Source: a virus
Virus record (IMG/VR): IMGVR_UViG_3300045988_127389
Span: 58,908 to 122,907 of that record
Direction: 5' to 3' (one strand)
DNA length: 64,000 bases
The notes beneath the pieces were generated by a model that ran no database searches, had not been told where the DNA came from, and saw only the letters and a program-made list of their open reading frames with translations. Positions within the stretch are counted from its first letter, which is position 1. Each line of letters begins with the position of its first letter. A program made the position numbers and the translations under genes. This document shows, in pieces, positions 10,099 to 19,146 of the stretch.

Positions 10099-10851
10099 TT
10101 AAATATATTCTAGTGCCTTGCCAATTATAAACAATTTTTCGGTAGGATATTCACGACCAGTTGCGCTGATTGTTCTTGTAACTTTCTTTTCCCAAATACA
10201 AGTAAAATCATCTGGCATCCATTGTTCGCTAACAATGACAATATTATTCTTGCTAAGTTCCCTACAAATATCATAGAATTTATCGTAATCGAATCCCTTT
10301 GATACATCATACTTTGTAGTATTTAAGTAAGGAATATCAAAATAAAAAACTACTTCCGTCATATTAAGACCGGCCCAACACTCAAGAAAATCTGCATTTA
10401 CAAATGTGATATTTTTAAGTTTAGATGCTTGCTGTTCAAGATTTCTCTTTCCCTCTTGGTAGTAGTCACGAACTTTATCGCCATATTTAGTATGCTCAAT
10501 TACAGTGTTTGCATAACCACCATCAAAGAACTTGCCATTATAAGATGCGAGAAATCCGACATTACCAACAAGCCAGTCTGGGTAATTGCTTTTATTCTGT
10601 TTCACTTCAGTATACGTGACTTTAGATACTCTACTAAGTAATTCGCCACCGTTTCTAACATACTTCAAGAGAGCAATAAGGTACTTGTTTTTGTCAATTC
10701 CAACTCGCGTATCACACGTTATCTTGTCAATTACGTTTGCACCGCCGACAAATCCCTCAACATATATATGTACACCACTTTTATCAATAAACGACTGAAT
10801 AATCGGGCAAATGTCTTTTGCAATTCTTGCCTTGCTTCCCATATACTTCAT
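10099..10851 (-). CDS. DNA adenine methyltransferase (Dam-like; variant DIPY motif IV)
   Basis: N-terminus MKYMGSKARIA, motif I FVGGANV, and motif IV YFDIPY, a DPPY variant. Confidence 0.65.
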   Translation of the reverse strand: MKYMGSKARIAKDICPIIQSFIDKSGVHIYVEGFVGGANVIDKITCDTRVGIDKNKYLIALLKYVRNGGELLSRVSKVTYTEVKQNKSNYPDWLVGNVGFLASYNGKFFDGGYANTVIEHTKYGDKVRDYYQEGKRNLEQQASKLKNITFVNADFLECWAGLNMTEVVFYFDIPYLNTTKYDVSKGFDYDKFYDICRELSKNNIVIVSEQWMPDDFTCIWEKKVTRTISATGREYPTEKLFIIGKALEYI

Positions 10852-10855
10852 AGAA

Positions 10856-11539
10856 TCACCACCTTACTGGTTCTAAGCCATTCTCAATCAAAAACTCATT
10901 CGCTTTTGCAAAGTGACCATTCCCAAAGAAACCACGATTTGCACTTAGCGGTGACGGATGTGCAGATTCTAAGAATTTATGATTTTGATTTGTAATTAGA
11001 TTCTTTTTAGACCCTGCGTTCTTGCCCCATAATAAGTAAATGATGGGCTGGTCGTATTTTTCCAACTCTCTAATTGCGTCATCGGTCAGTATTTCCCAAC
11101 CCTGATTTGCGTGTGAAAGAGGTTCGTGTTTTCTAACTGTAAGAATTGTATTTAAGAGTAATACGCCCTGTTCTGCCCATCTTGTCAAGTCCTGCGACCA
11201 TTCACTACGCTCAACCGTTTCAGAATTAAGTTCCTTTTGAATATTTTTCAGTGAAGGAGGTGTTGGATAGACTCCATTTCTTACAGAGAATGACAACCCC
11301 ATAGCCTGTCCTTCACCGTGGTAACAATCCTGACCGATTATTACCACTTTTGTATTATGTATAGGCGTTAATTCAAACGCCTTAAAAATATCTTGCATCG
11401 GTGGATATACAGTTTTTGTTGCGTATTCTTGTATAAGAAATCTTTTTAGATTTTTATAAAACGGTTTTTGCTGCTCTATATCAAAGAACGATTGCCAATC
11501 GTTTCCAATGTTAATCATCGACATCCTCCATAATCCCAT
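10856..11539 (-). CDS. ung: uracil-DNA glycosylase (family 1)
   Basis: GQDCYH (GQDPYH-type) and HPSPLS motifs. Confidence 0.75.
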   Translation of the reverse strand: MGLWRMSMINIGNDWQSFFDIEQQKPFYKNLKRFLIQEYATKTVYPPMQDIFKAFELTPIHNTKVVIIGQDCYHGEGQAMGLSFSVRNGVYPTPPSLKNIQKELNSETVERSEWSQDLTRWAEQGVLLLNTILTVRKHEPLSHANQGWEILTDDAIRELEKYDQPIIYLLWGKNAGSKKNLITNQNHKFLESAHPSPLSANRGFFGNGHFAKANEFLIENGLEPVRW

Positions 11540-11723
11540 GACCTGTCTTTGTTTTAAATGCTTCGCAGATTGCGGAATGACGCTTTACAATATACTGATA
11601 TTCATTATCATAAGGACTTGTGAATTTAATCTGCCGAACTGAATTTCTAAACATGAAATACAATGTATCTTCTGATTCGTTTATTAAATCTAAAACAAGC
11701 TGACTGTATTCGTTATCACTCAT
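11511..11723 (-). CDS. hypothetical protein (70 aa)
   Basis: ORF. Confidence 0.3.
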   Translation of the reverse strand: MSDNEYSQLVLDLINESEDTLYFMFRNSVRQIKFTSPYDNEYQYIVKRHSAICEAFKTKTGHGIMEDVDD

Positions 11724-11976
11724 TATTACTCACCGTGTCATCAACAAGTTCGTCACACATAAACTCCCATTTCGTAACATCAAGAACCTTATCACAAACA
11801 GTCACATTCTTATCTAGGCCACAACTTTTGGTAATTACGCCATCTTTATCACACCAAAAGAAGCCAGCTTTATTCTTAATATATCTAATCCAAAGGCTCC
11901 AATATTCGGGACGAATCATAATGTCGTGCTTCTTTGCATAACCAATTGCATCAATAAAACTTTTCTCTACAATCAT
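11716..11976 (-). CDS. hypothetical protein (86 aa)
   Basis: ORF. Confidence 0.35.
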   Translation of the reverse strand: MIVEKSFIDAIGYAKKHDIMIRPEYWSLWIRYIKNKAGFFWCDKDGVITKSCGLDKNVTVCDKVLDVTKWEFMCDELVDDTVSNNE

Positions 11977-12186
11977 ATTTTACCTCTTCATAAGTTCCAT
12001 CATTCTTTTTGCGGCGTTATACTGGCATCGTGCAACATCGTACTTAACGTATGCGTCATGGTTACTGCCGTGCTGTTTATTGAGCATATTCCCATAGTAA
12101 TCCATTGCACTCTTTAATTCTGCCAGATAGCGTTCAGCATCAGTTACGTGAGTCATGGCAACAGCCTCCTAAAATTTACTACTTAT

Positions 12187-12215
12187 ATTATAACAAAACC
12201 CCTTGAATTTGTCAA
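12187..12215 (-). promoter_or_regulatory. sigma70-type consensus promoter with AAACCCC upstream flank
   Basis: CAAACCCCTTGACA-17-TATAAT. Confidence 0.6.
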
Positions 12216-12232
12216 GGGGTTTGAGAAATTTT

Positions 12233-12604
12233 TTAGATATCTACCGGATAGGTGGCTTTCAGTTGGCTTAATAGCGTATCATATACGGCCTTTGCCTCCG
12301 GGGAAAGGTTTTCTATTGACTTCTTCACAGCGTCAGGAGAGCGTCTCTGGGTAGCTCTAGCGGCCTTCTGTTGAAGGACGTATCCCTCAAGTTCCCACAG
12401 TCTATTTTCAACGTGCTCACGACAGATTTTTCTGCCAATATCAATATCGAAGTTTTTCGGGTCAACACACGCACTTGATTCCACAATTACAAAACCATTT
12501 GTAAACTTATAAGCACAGATTAGGCATTTCTCAAAAACAACAATTTCTTTTACTTCTGCTGTATCTAAAAGTTCATTTATATACTCCTGTGTTACTGTCA
12601 TCAT
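12233..12604 (-). CDS. hypothetical protein (123 aa)
   Basis: ORF. Start codon overlaps the folD stop. Confidence 0.4.
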   Translation of the reverse strand: MMTVTQEYINELLDTAEVKEIVVFEKCLICAYKFTNGFVIVESSACVDPKNFDIDIGRKICREHVENRLWELEGYVLQQKAARATQRRSPDAVKKSIENLSPEAKAVYDTLLSQLKATYPVDI

Positions 12605-13347
12605 TTCACCTCATATACTAGATTTTCAAGTAATGCAACTCGTGTAAGAAGTCCTACGCCACCGGGTACTGGTGTAATTAGTGCATCATCAGAGTAGCAA
12701 GACTTATCAACATCGCCGCACAACTTACCATCATCACCACGAGTAATCCCGACATCAATCACTACAGTTTCTGGTCTAATCATATCTGGTGCAATTAGTC
12801 CCGGTCTACCAGTAGCTGTCACAATTAAATCTGATTGTAAACACCATTTTTTTAAATCAACTGTATGGCTATCACACCAAATTACTGTTGCCCCACGTCC
12901 TTTAATTAAATTTGCACACGGTTCACCGACTATATGGCTTTTGCCAATTACTGTACAAACTTTCCCAACAAAATTATAATTAAGTTCGTTATCCAATAAC
13001 TCAATTACCCCTTTAGGAGTTGCAGGGACAAACTTGGTATTAGGTAAAAAACCATCAACGTCAAATTCTGGTTTAATATGTGTCGCAATTCCTTTTAGAT
13101 GTTCTGGAACAGGCAACTGAACTATAACACCAGCAACCTTTGGATTCTCTTGCGATATTATTAAAATTCTCAACGCTTCAGCATATTCCGTATCTTCTGG
13201 AAGTTTGTACATTATTGTACGTAATCCAACCTCTTCGCAATCACGTATCTTACCGTTCACATAAGCATTACTAGCCGGATTATCTCCAAACTGAATTATT
13301 ACGAGCGTATCCCTTGACGGCTTTGTTTTAGACAGATAGTCTCGCAT
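12601..13347 (-). CDS. folD: methylenetetrahydrofolate dehydrogenase/cyclohydrolase (truncated FolD-like)
   Basis: Clear FolD N-terminal region (YVNGKIRDCEEVG). It is shorter than canonical FolD. Confidence 0.6.
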   Translation of the reverse strand: MRDYLSKTKPSRDTLVIIQFGDNPASNAYVNGKIRDCEEVGLRTIMYKLPEDTEYAEALRILIISQENPKVAGVIVQLPVPEHLKGIATHIKPEFDVDGFLPNTKFVPATPKGVIELLDNELNYNFVGKVCTVIGKSHIVGEPCANLIKGRGATVIWCDSHTVDLKKWCLQSDLIVTATGRPGLIAPDMIRPETVVIDVGITRGDDGKLCGDVDKSCYSDDALITPVPGGVGLLTRVALLENLVYEVK

Positions 13348-13393
13348 ATCTGTCTTACGCTTCTAAACATAAGATTTGACATCAATCAAAAAA

Positions 13394-13945
13394 TCACCCC
13401 ATATCAATATTTGCGCTATCATAAATCGCACGTGAATAATCTTTCAGTGCGTCATAAGAATTATCTTCTTTAATCTCCCAAAGCATACTATTTACAAACT
13501 TCTTAGTCTGTGGGTGCATCGCAATAGGCTTGGAGCACTTGCCAAGCCACCATTGCCATTCTTTATCTAATGTAAAAGATTTGCCCATATATGCTCGTCC
13601 TGCACCAAGATAATCACACACCATTTCAAGTGCGTATTTATATGGCATCTTTAACGGTTCCCCACCTTTATCAAAGTTATCTTGCCAATACTCATAATGA
13701 TGCGGGTTGCGTCCTTTATGGTGTTGCCACGCCATAGAGTAACCATTCTCTTCCTTACAAGCGTCAATAGGGCTTCTATTACCCTGATAATACTTTACGC
13801 TTTCCCAAAACTCGACTGGTGAGAATTTACTAAGGTCATGGGTAATTCCCTGCCAAGGAATACCAGCCTTACAACAGAAGTAAAATACCCAATACTTATG
13901 AACAAGAATTTTCTTTAAATGTAAAAAGAAATTACTCAGTTTCAT
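13394..13945 (-). CDS. hypothetical protein (183 aa)
   Basis: ORF, His/Trp-rich. Confidence 0.4.
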   Translation of the reverse strand: MKLSNFFLHLKKILVHKYWVFYFCCKAGIPWQGITHDLSKFSPVEFWESVKYYQGNRSPIDACKEENGYSMAWQHHKGRNPHHYEYWQDNFDKGGEPLKMPYKYALEMVCDYLGAGRAYMGKSFTLDKEWQWWLGKCSKPIAMHPQTKKFVNSMLWEIKEDNSYDALKDYSRAIYDSANIDMG

Positions 13946-14393
13946 ATAGTTCCTTTTCCTCCGGGAATCTCTTATAATATACGTCTTTTTCGTCTGGGCA
14001 TTCTTTGAAATATTCAGCCCTCTGTTCTGGATGACGCATAAACAGTCTGCGAATCATGTCAAGCCGTTCGTATTCCTGATATTCTTTAGACTGCTTATTG
14101 TGCATAGGTTGCCAATAGGCAGTTGTAAGAGCAACCATCTTATATGCTTCTTCTGGTGTCACATTATCAATAACATCGTATTCACCATTTGGATTGTGTG
14201 TAACATCAGCGACAGTATACCAATGCCACTTCTCATAAATTCCAGTCACTGTATATCCATATTTGTTAAATTCTGGAAAATCGACCTCTGCGCCTTGCCA
14301 CGGAACGCAACACCGCATAACAAAATCTTTTGGTGTCATAGCGTATAAACGTTCAACATCCGGTGGAGCAGACCTTATCTTTTCTTTTAGCAT
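13932..14393 (-). CDS. hypothetical protein (153 aa)
   Basis: ORF. Confidence 0.4.
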   Translation of the reverse strand: MLKEKIRSAPPDVERLYAMTPKDFVMRCCVPWQGAEVDFPEFNKYGYTVTGIYEKWHWYTVADVTHNPNGEYDVIDNVTPEEAYKMVALTTAYWQPMHNKQSKEYQEYERLDMIRRLFMRHPEQRAEYFKECPDEKDVYYKRFPEEKELYETE

Positions 14394-14402
14394 TAAATTA
14401 CC

Positions 14403-14915
14403 TCATTTCTTGTCAGTGCTACCGAATCCACCATTACGAACACCGTCCGCATCATCGTCATTCGTCTTTAGATAATTCATAAAGATACCCTGTGCAATAG
14501 CCATTCCAGTTTTTACATTTACACTATCAGAGTTGTGATTTTCAAGACGATACTTAATAAAGATATGACCTTCGTTATCAGACTTAGAATAGTCACTGTC
14601 TACGATACCGATAGTATTGGCAAGACGCATATAGTGCCTAGTGCCAAGACCACTACGAGGTGCAATCATCAAAAACTTATCATCGTCCATAATCGCACGG
14701 ATACCAGTTGGAATAATAAGCTCTGCGTTAGGCTCTTCAAGAATGAACTCGAATGGACTAAAGAAATCATAACCGCAAGAGCCTGTAGTGCTACGTCTCG
14801 GAAGTCTCAAATTATCATAGATATTCTTGATACAACCCTTTTCAATTTCATCACCGAAAATTGCGACATAATCTTTTTCAAACTGCTCATAACTAATCTT
14901 TTCAAACTTAACCAT
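14403..14915 (-). CDS. dut: dUTPase / dCTP deaminase family protein
   Basis: RSGLGTRHY...IGIVDSDY matches dUTPase motifs. Confidence 0.65.
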   Translation of the reverse strand: MVKFEKISYEQFEKDYVAIFGDEIEKGCIKNIYDNLRLPRRSTTGSCGYDFFSPFEFILEEPNAELIIPTGIRAIMDDDKFLMIAPRSGLGTRHYMRLANTIGIVDSDYSKSDNEGHIFIKYRLENHNSDSVNVKTGMAIAQGIFMNYLKTNDDDADGVRNGGFGSTDKK

Positions 14916-14926
14916 CGTTATACTCC

Positions 14927-15433
14927 TTAGCCTCTTTTTAAATAGTTTACAAAACCTCTTGCTTTTGCATCTAGAGCATCAAGGTCACTATCATTATTCA
15001 AAACGAAATCGTAATTATAAGACTCCGTGTATTTATCAGAATCATTAGATACAACTTGCTGATTGTTGGAACGTTTAACTAAAACTGTCATTGCACCGAA
15101 GTCTCTCACAATACGTGCAATCTCCCCCGGCTCTCTGATATGTATAAACAGAAGCTCCTGTTCTGGCTGGTTTTTAAACCAGTGAATCTCTTCTGCAATT
15201 TTCTTATATGGGATATCGTCATATTCAGCAAGCAGTTCCTTTAGCTTACTGAGAAACAAACGCGACCTTGGGTCTTTCTCGCCATTCCATCCAGCGAACC
15301 GCGCTACATCTTTTACGAAGTCAACGCTTGAAAAATTAGTAGTTGTAGCATATTTACTTACAAGCGACACAAAGGTATCTTTACCACTTCTCGGCATACC
15401 ATTGATAACAATAACCTTATGTATAAAAATCAC
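14927..15433 (-). CDS. deoxynucleoside monophosphate kinase
   Basis: P-loop INGMPRSGKDT at the N-terminus and overall size match T4 gp1-like dNMP kinases. Confidence 0.55.
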   Translation of the reverse strand: MIFIHKVIVINGMPRSGKDTFVSLVSKYATTTNFSSVDFVKDVARFAGWNGEKDPRSRLFLSKLKELLAEYDDIPYKKIAEEIHWFKNQPEQELLFIHIREPGEIARIVRDFGAMTVLVKRSNNQQVVSNDSDKYTESYNYDFVLNNDSDLDALDAKARGFVNYLKRG

Positions 15434-15693
15434 TCCTCGATAGCAATTAAATCATCGGTATAAAATAACCACTTGACAGGAGAGCTGTCTTCTGCTAGTT
15501 CGTAAGCAATACCAGTAAACTTAGTACCCTTCTTTGTGTCAACCGCAGTAAACACAACATCCCTATTCTTTAGCAAGAACTTTCTAAATCTATCTGCAAC
15601 AGACAACTTACGTGACAGAATCTTGTCAACGTCAAGTTTCACCTTTTTCCCATCAAGCGTCTCAATCTTATCGTAAGAAATTTCTACCTTCAT
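15430..15693 (-). CDS. hypothetical protein (87 aa)
   Basis: ORF. Confidence 0.35.
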   Translation of the reverse strand: MKVEISYDKIETLDGKKVKLDVDKILSRKLSVADRFRKFLLKNRDVVFTAVDTKKGTKFTGIAYELAEDSSPVKWLFYTDDLIAIEE

Positions 15694-15694
15694 T

Positions 15695-15931
15695 TTACGC
15701 CACCTTCATTTTCAAATGGAAAATCTTCCAAGTCCAAACATTGTCGTCACATACAATCTGATAGCTTAACCCATCAGAACCAACATGCGTATCATAATCA
15801 ACATTTTCATTATCTAAATCATTAAGGATAAGATTGACGTTCCAATCCATCTTTCTTAACGCAATCTCTTTAGAGCTACAAACAATTGGAGCAAAAAGCT
15901 CATTATCTGATACGCTACAAAGTAACCACAT
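15695..15931 (-). CDS. hypothetical protein (78 aa)
   Basis: ORF. Confidence 0.3.
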   Translation of the reverse strand: MWLLCSVSDNELFAPIVCSSKEIALRKMDWNVNLILNDLDNENVDYDTHVGSDGLSYQIVCDDNVWTWKIFHLKMKVA

Positions 15932-15942
15932 AAAACATCTCC

Positions 15943-18900
15943 TTACATAACCACAAATTCATAATCAGTAATATAGAAGTAACCACGCTTGTTCTTATAC
16001 CAATCACGAATCTTAATTACATCATTCTTATTGAACTTGCATTTCTTATACAGTTTGTAAGGAACTGTATAAGAACTACGCTTACCAGAACCAATGGACT
16101 GCGCATCAATGATAACGCCCCAAGGCTCAACAGATTCACGCTGTTTCATGACCTTCATCTCAAGAATAACAATCTTAGGTCTATCTTCGGATTTGTCAGT
16201 CTTAATACCAATGTAACCCATATATTCAAGCTGATTAGCAATCTTGGTTTTAATGTCAACATCACCAAGATTCATAGTCATAATATACTGTTCAATCTCG
16301 TTCAAGATATTATGACAATTTAACTTATTGAATTGCTTCTCGGTTTCGTTAGCATTGCGCTTAATAATGTTCATTGTAATCTCGTCTGGAATCTTACTCT
16401 TAGCAATCGTTTTCGCTTCGCCCTTCTTAAAGAACTGGAACTGTTTAAAGATTGTTACCAACTCTCTACAAGTACCGAACTCTTCAAAGTAATCAAGTTT
16501 AATCAAAGTTTCAACTTGGTCACGAGGCATACCCGATGCCTGAATATCATACAACAGGTCAGTGAATGTCTTATAAGTGTTATCCTTCAAAGAATACAAG
16601 AAATCAGAATATCCTGCATTCAATCCCTTGATACTGCTCGTACCCTTATAAATACTGTTCGTAGCAAGGTCATAGAAGTATTCTGCCTTTGCATGTCTGA
16701 ACTTAGGCGCAAGAATTTTTACCTTGCGACTATTTGCGTACTCAATAGCTTCTGCTGTCTTGTTGTCATCACCGTTCCATGCGTTAAGGCAAGAGGTCAA
16801 ATACTGTAATGGATAATGATAACGCAGATATGCACATTCATAACTAATACAAGAATAGCTCAAACTATGAACCAGTGAGAACGAATACCGTGTAGCATCA
16901 AGGATACACTGTAAGAACGGATTGATAATCTTGTCAGATTGCTCATCAGTTAAATGATATTTGACCTTTGCGTTCTTTTCCCAGCCTTCCTTAATAATAG
17001 GAAGCTGGTCGCGTGTACCAAGTTTCTTACCGATAATCTTACGGAGCTTATCAGCTCTCAAGAAATCGTAACCACAGAACTCCTGAACAAAAGCCATCTG
17101 AGGCTCTTGCATAATTGCATAGCCCATAGAAGAGCCAAGCAGATTATCAATCTCTTTAATTCCTGTTTTAGATACGATACCGTTCGTCGCATCATCATAA
17201 ACTCCCTTACCACAAGGACGAATAAGAGCATTGATGAATGTCAGCAAATCCAAACGTGTCATATTAGGAATCTGCTTCTTAATCTTATTGTAAACCTCTG
17301 GCGACAGCATCTTATCAACTGTACGCTGACCGTAGTTAGAGTTCATCTGGAAAATCAAAGATGTATCTTCCTTGATACTATTCCAAACTGCATCATCCTC
17401 AAAATCAATCGTTTTTGGCGACAATCTCTCGATGCCAGCTAACTTACAGGTTTCATTGATGATACCAACGTTATCAAGGCCAAGTGCATCCTGCTTTGTA
17501 AAATTAAGGGAATCAAGCTCCTTCATATTGATGCAGGAGACAGGATAGGGGTCATCTTTTAGATAGCACAAACCAAATTCTGATTCAATGTCATGGTCAG
17601 AAACAACAACACCAGACGGATGAGAACCGATGCTAACGATAGTGCCAATAACAATATCAACATACTTGAACAGCTCTGGATATTTCTTACGCCAGCTATC
17701 ATCAATAGTAACAATCTTTTCTTCATCGACTGCTACTTCATGAACGGCCTTTGCAATCGTATCAACCTCATCCAAAGGCATATCCAATCCACGTCCGATA
17801 TCACGAATTGCACCCTTTAATGCGATTGTGTTGAACGTAATAATTTCGCAAGTCTTGACATTCGGAAGGTCTAGGTGGTCGTTCAACATCCAAAACTTCA
17901 ATTTATCACGGTCTTTTGCCGAGTTATCCATATCAACGTCAGCCAAGCTGTACTTAGATTTATCCATGAATCGCCAGAAATAAAATCCATATTTCAATGG
18001 GTTTACTTCTGTCACACCCAAAGCGTACAAAGCCAAGGAACTAGCGGCGCTTCCACGTGCAGGGCCTTGCCACATATCATGCGAATGTTCCCAACGCACA
18101 ATATGGTCTTCGAGAAGAATAAAGTCAGTCGCATTCAAAGCCTTAAAAGTGTCAATTTCCTGCTCCAAACGCGCAGTTACTTCTTCTCTTGAAAATCCCT
18201 CTTTGATAATCGGTTCGATAGTTTCTGGTGCAAACAACTTTTCACGAAGGACTTTCTCGCCATCATCGTAAATCTTTGCGTACTTGAAACTTCTATCAAG
18301 CTCAAAGGTTTCAATCATATCTGCCATAACATTTGTGTTATTGATTGCAGACATATATTCCTCTTCACTGAGAGCATCTTGTGTTCTGTATGCCTCGACA
18401 AGTTCATCGTAGGTTTTCCATGTTAAATCCCAACCGACTTCATCATCGAAGAAAACGCCCTTGCCGCGCTGTAGTGCGCTACGGCCAAGTTCATGCTCCG
18501 CGTTCAAACAGTGGGTATCAGTACCAGCAATCAATCTAAGACCAGTTTCCTTGGACAGATTCGCCAAGTATCTATTATACTCAAACTGCTTCTGCGTATT
18601 ATGGTGCTGGACTTCCAAGAAACATCTATCTTTATGCCTTGTTAAGAATCTAAGATAAGATTCCTTTGCGCTTTCGGTTCCTCTACACAATGCAGACGCA
18701 ACACAGGCAGTGGTAATAATAATATTATTACTCGTGGAAAACAGTTCAGCGAACGTAATTCGAGGTGCATAGTAATAATGACCGTCAACACGATTAAATG
18801 CCTTACCCTGCAAGACGTTAAGTTCCTTAACACCCTCCCAGTTTCTAGCAATCAAAACGCAGTGGTAATTATCACGAATCTTTTCCTCACCCTCGTCTGG

Positions 18901-19134
18901 AATACGCTCGGTAAGGTATGCTTCCATGGCATGAATATATTTCATGCCAGCGGCCTCAATGGCATCTTTTTTATGAACCCATTCAAAGATATTACCATGC
19001 TCTGAAAAGGCCATAGCAGTCATTCCACACGCCTTTGCCTTTTCTATGTACTGCTTATATGTAGTAACTGAGTCAATGTTCGTGACCGCATTACTCAGCA
19101 TAGTATGTAAGTGGTAGACTGTATAGTTTGCCAT
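15943..19134 (-). CDS. dnaE: DNA polymerase III alpha subunit (DnaE-type, N-terminal PHP domain)
   Basis: 1063 aa. PHP motifs (YHLHTMLS, AFSEHGN) are followed by a pol III alpha core. Confidence 0.8.
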   Translation of the reverse strand: MANYTVYHLHTMLSNAVTNIDSVTTYKQYIEKAKACGMTAMAFSEHGNIFEWVHKKDAIEAAGMKYIHAMEAYLTERIPDEGEEKIRDNYHCVLIARNWEGVKELNVLQGKAFNRVDGHYYYAPRITFAELFSTSNNIIITTACVASALCRGTESAKESYLRFLTRHKDRCFLEVQHHNTQKQFEYNRYLANLSKETGLRLIAGTDTHCLNAEHELGRSALQRGKGVFFDDEVGWDLTWKTYDELVEAYRTQDALSEEEYMSAINNTNVMADMIETFELDRSFKYAKIYDDGEKVLREKLFAPETIEPIIKEGFSREEVTARLEQEIDTFKALNATDFILLEDHIVRWEHSHDMWQGPARGSAASSLALYALGVTEVNPLKYGFYFWRFMDKSKYSLADVDMDNSAKDRDKLKFWMLNDHLDLPNVKTCEIITFNTIALKGAIRDIGRGLDMPLDEVDTIAKAVHEVAVDEEKIVTIDDSWRKKYPELFKYVDIVIGTIVSIGSHPSGVVVSDHDIESEFGLCYLKDDPYPVSCINMKELDSLNFTKQDALGLDNVGIINETCKLAGIERLSPKTIDFEDDAVWNSIKEDTSLIFQMNSNYGQRTVDKMLSPEVYNKIKKQIPNMTRLDLLTFINALIRPCGKGVYDDATNGIVSKTGIKEIDNLLGSSMGYAIMQEPQMAFVQEFCGYDFLRADKLRKIIGKKLGTRDQLPIIKEGWEKNAKVKYHLTDEQSDKIINPFLQCILDATRYSFSLVHSLSYSCISYECAYLRYHYPLQYLTSCLNAWNGDDNKTAEAIEYANSRKVKILAPKFRHAKAEYFYDLATNSIYKGTSSIKGLNAGYSDFLYSLKDNTYKTFTDLLYDIQASGMPRDQVETLIKLDYFEEFGTCRELVTIFKQFQFFKKGEAKTIAKSKIPDEITMNIIKRNANETEKQFNKLNCHNILNEIEQYIMTMNLGDVDIKTKIANQLEYMGYIGIKTDKSEDRPKIVILEMKVMKQRESVEPWGVIIDAQSIGSGKRSSYTVPYKLYKKCKFNKNDVIKIRDWYKNKRGYFYITDYEFVVM

Positions 19135-19146
19135 TACATCACCTCA

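Noticed and set aside
16333-19005. Plus-strand ORFs of 60-160 aa inside the DNA polymerase and primase-helicase genes
   Set aside because: They are antisense to long, well-supported minus-strand genes and have low-complexity composition typical of AT-rich frames.
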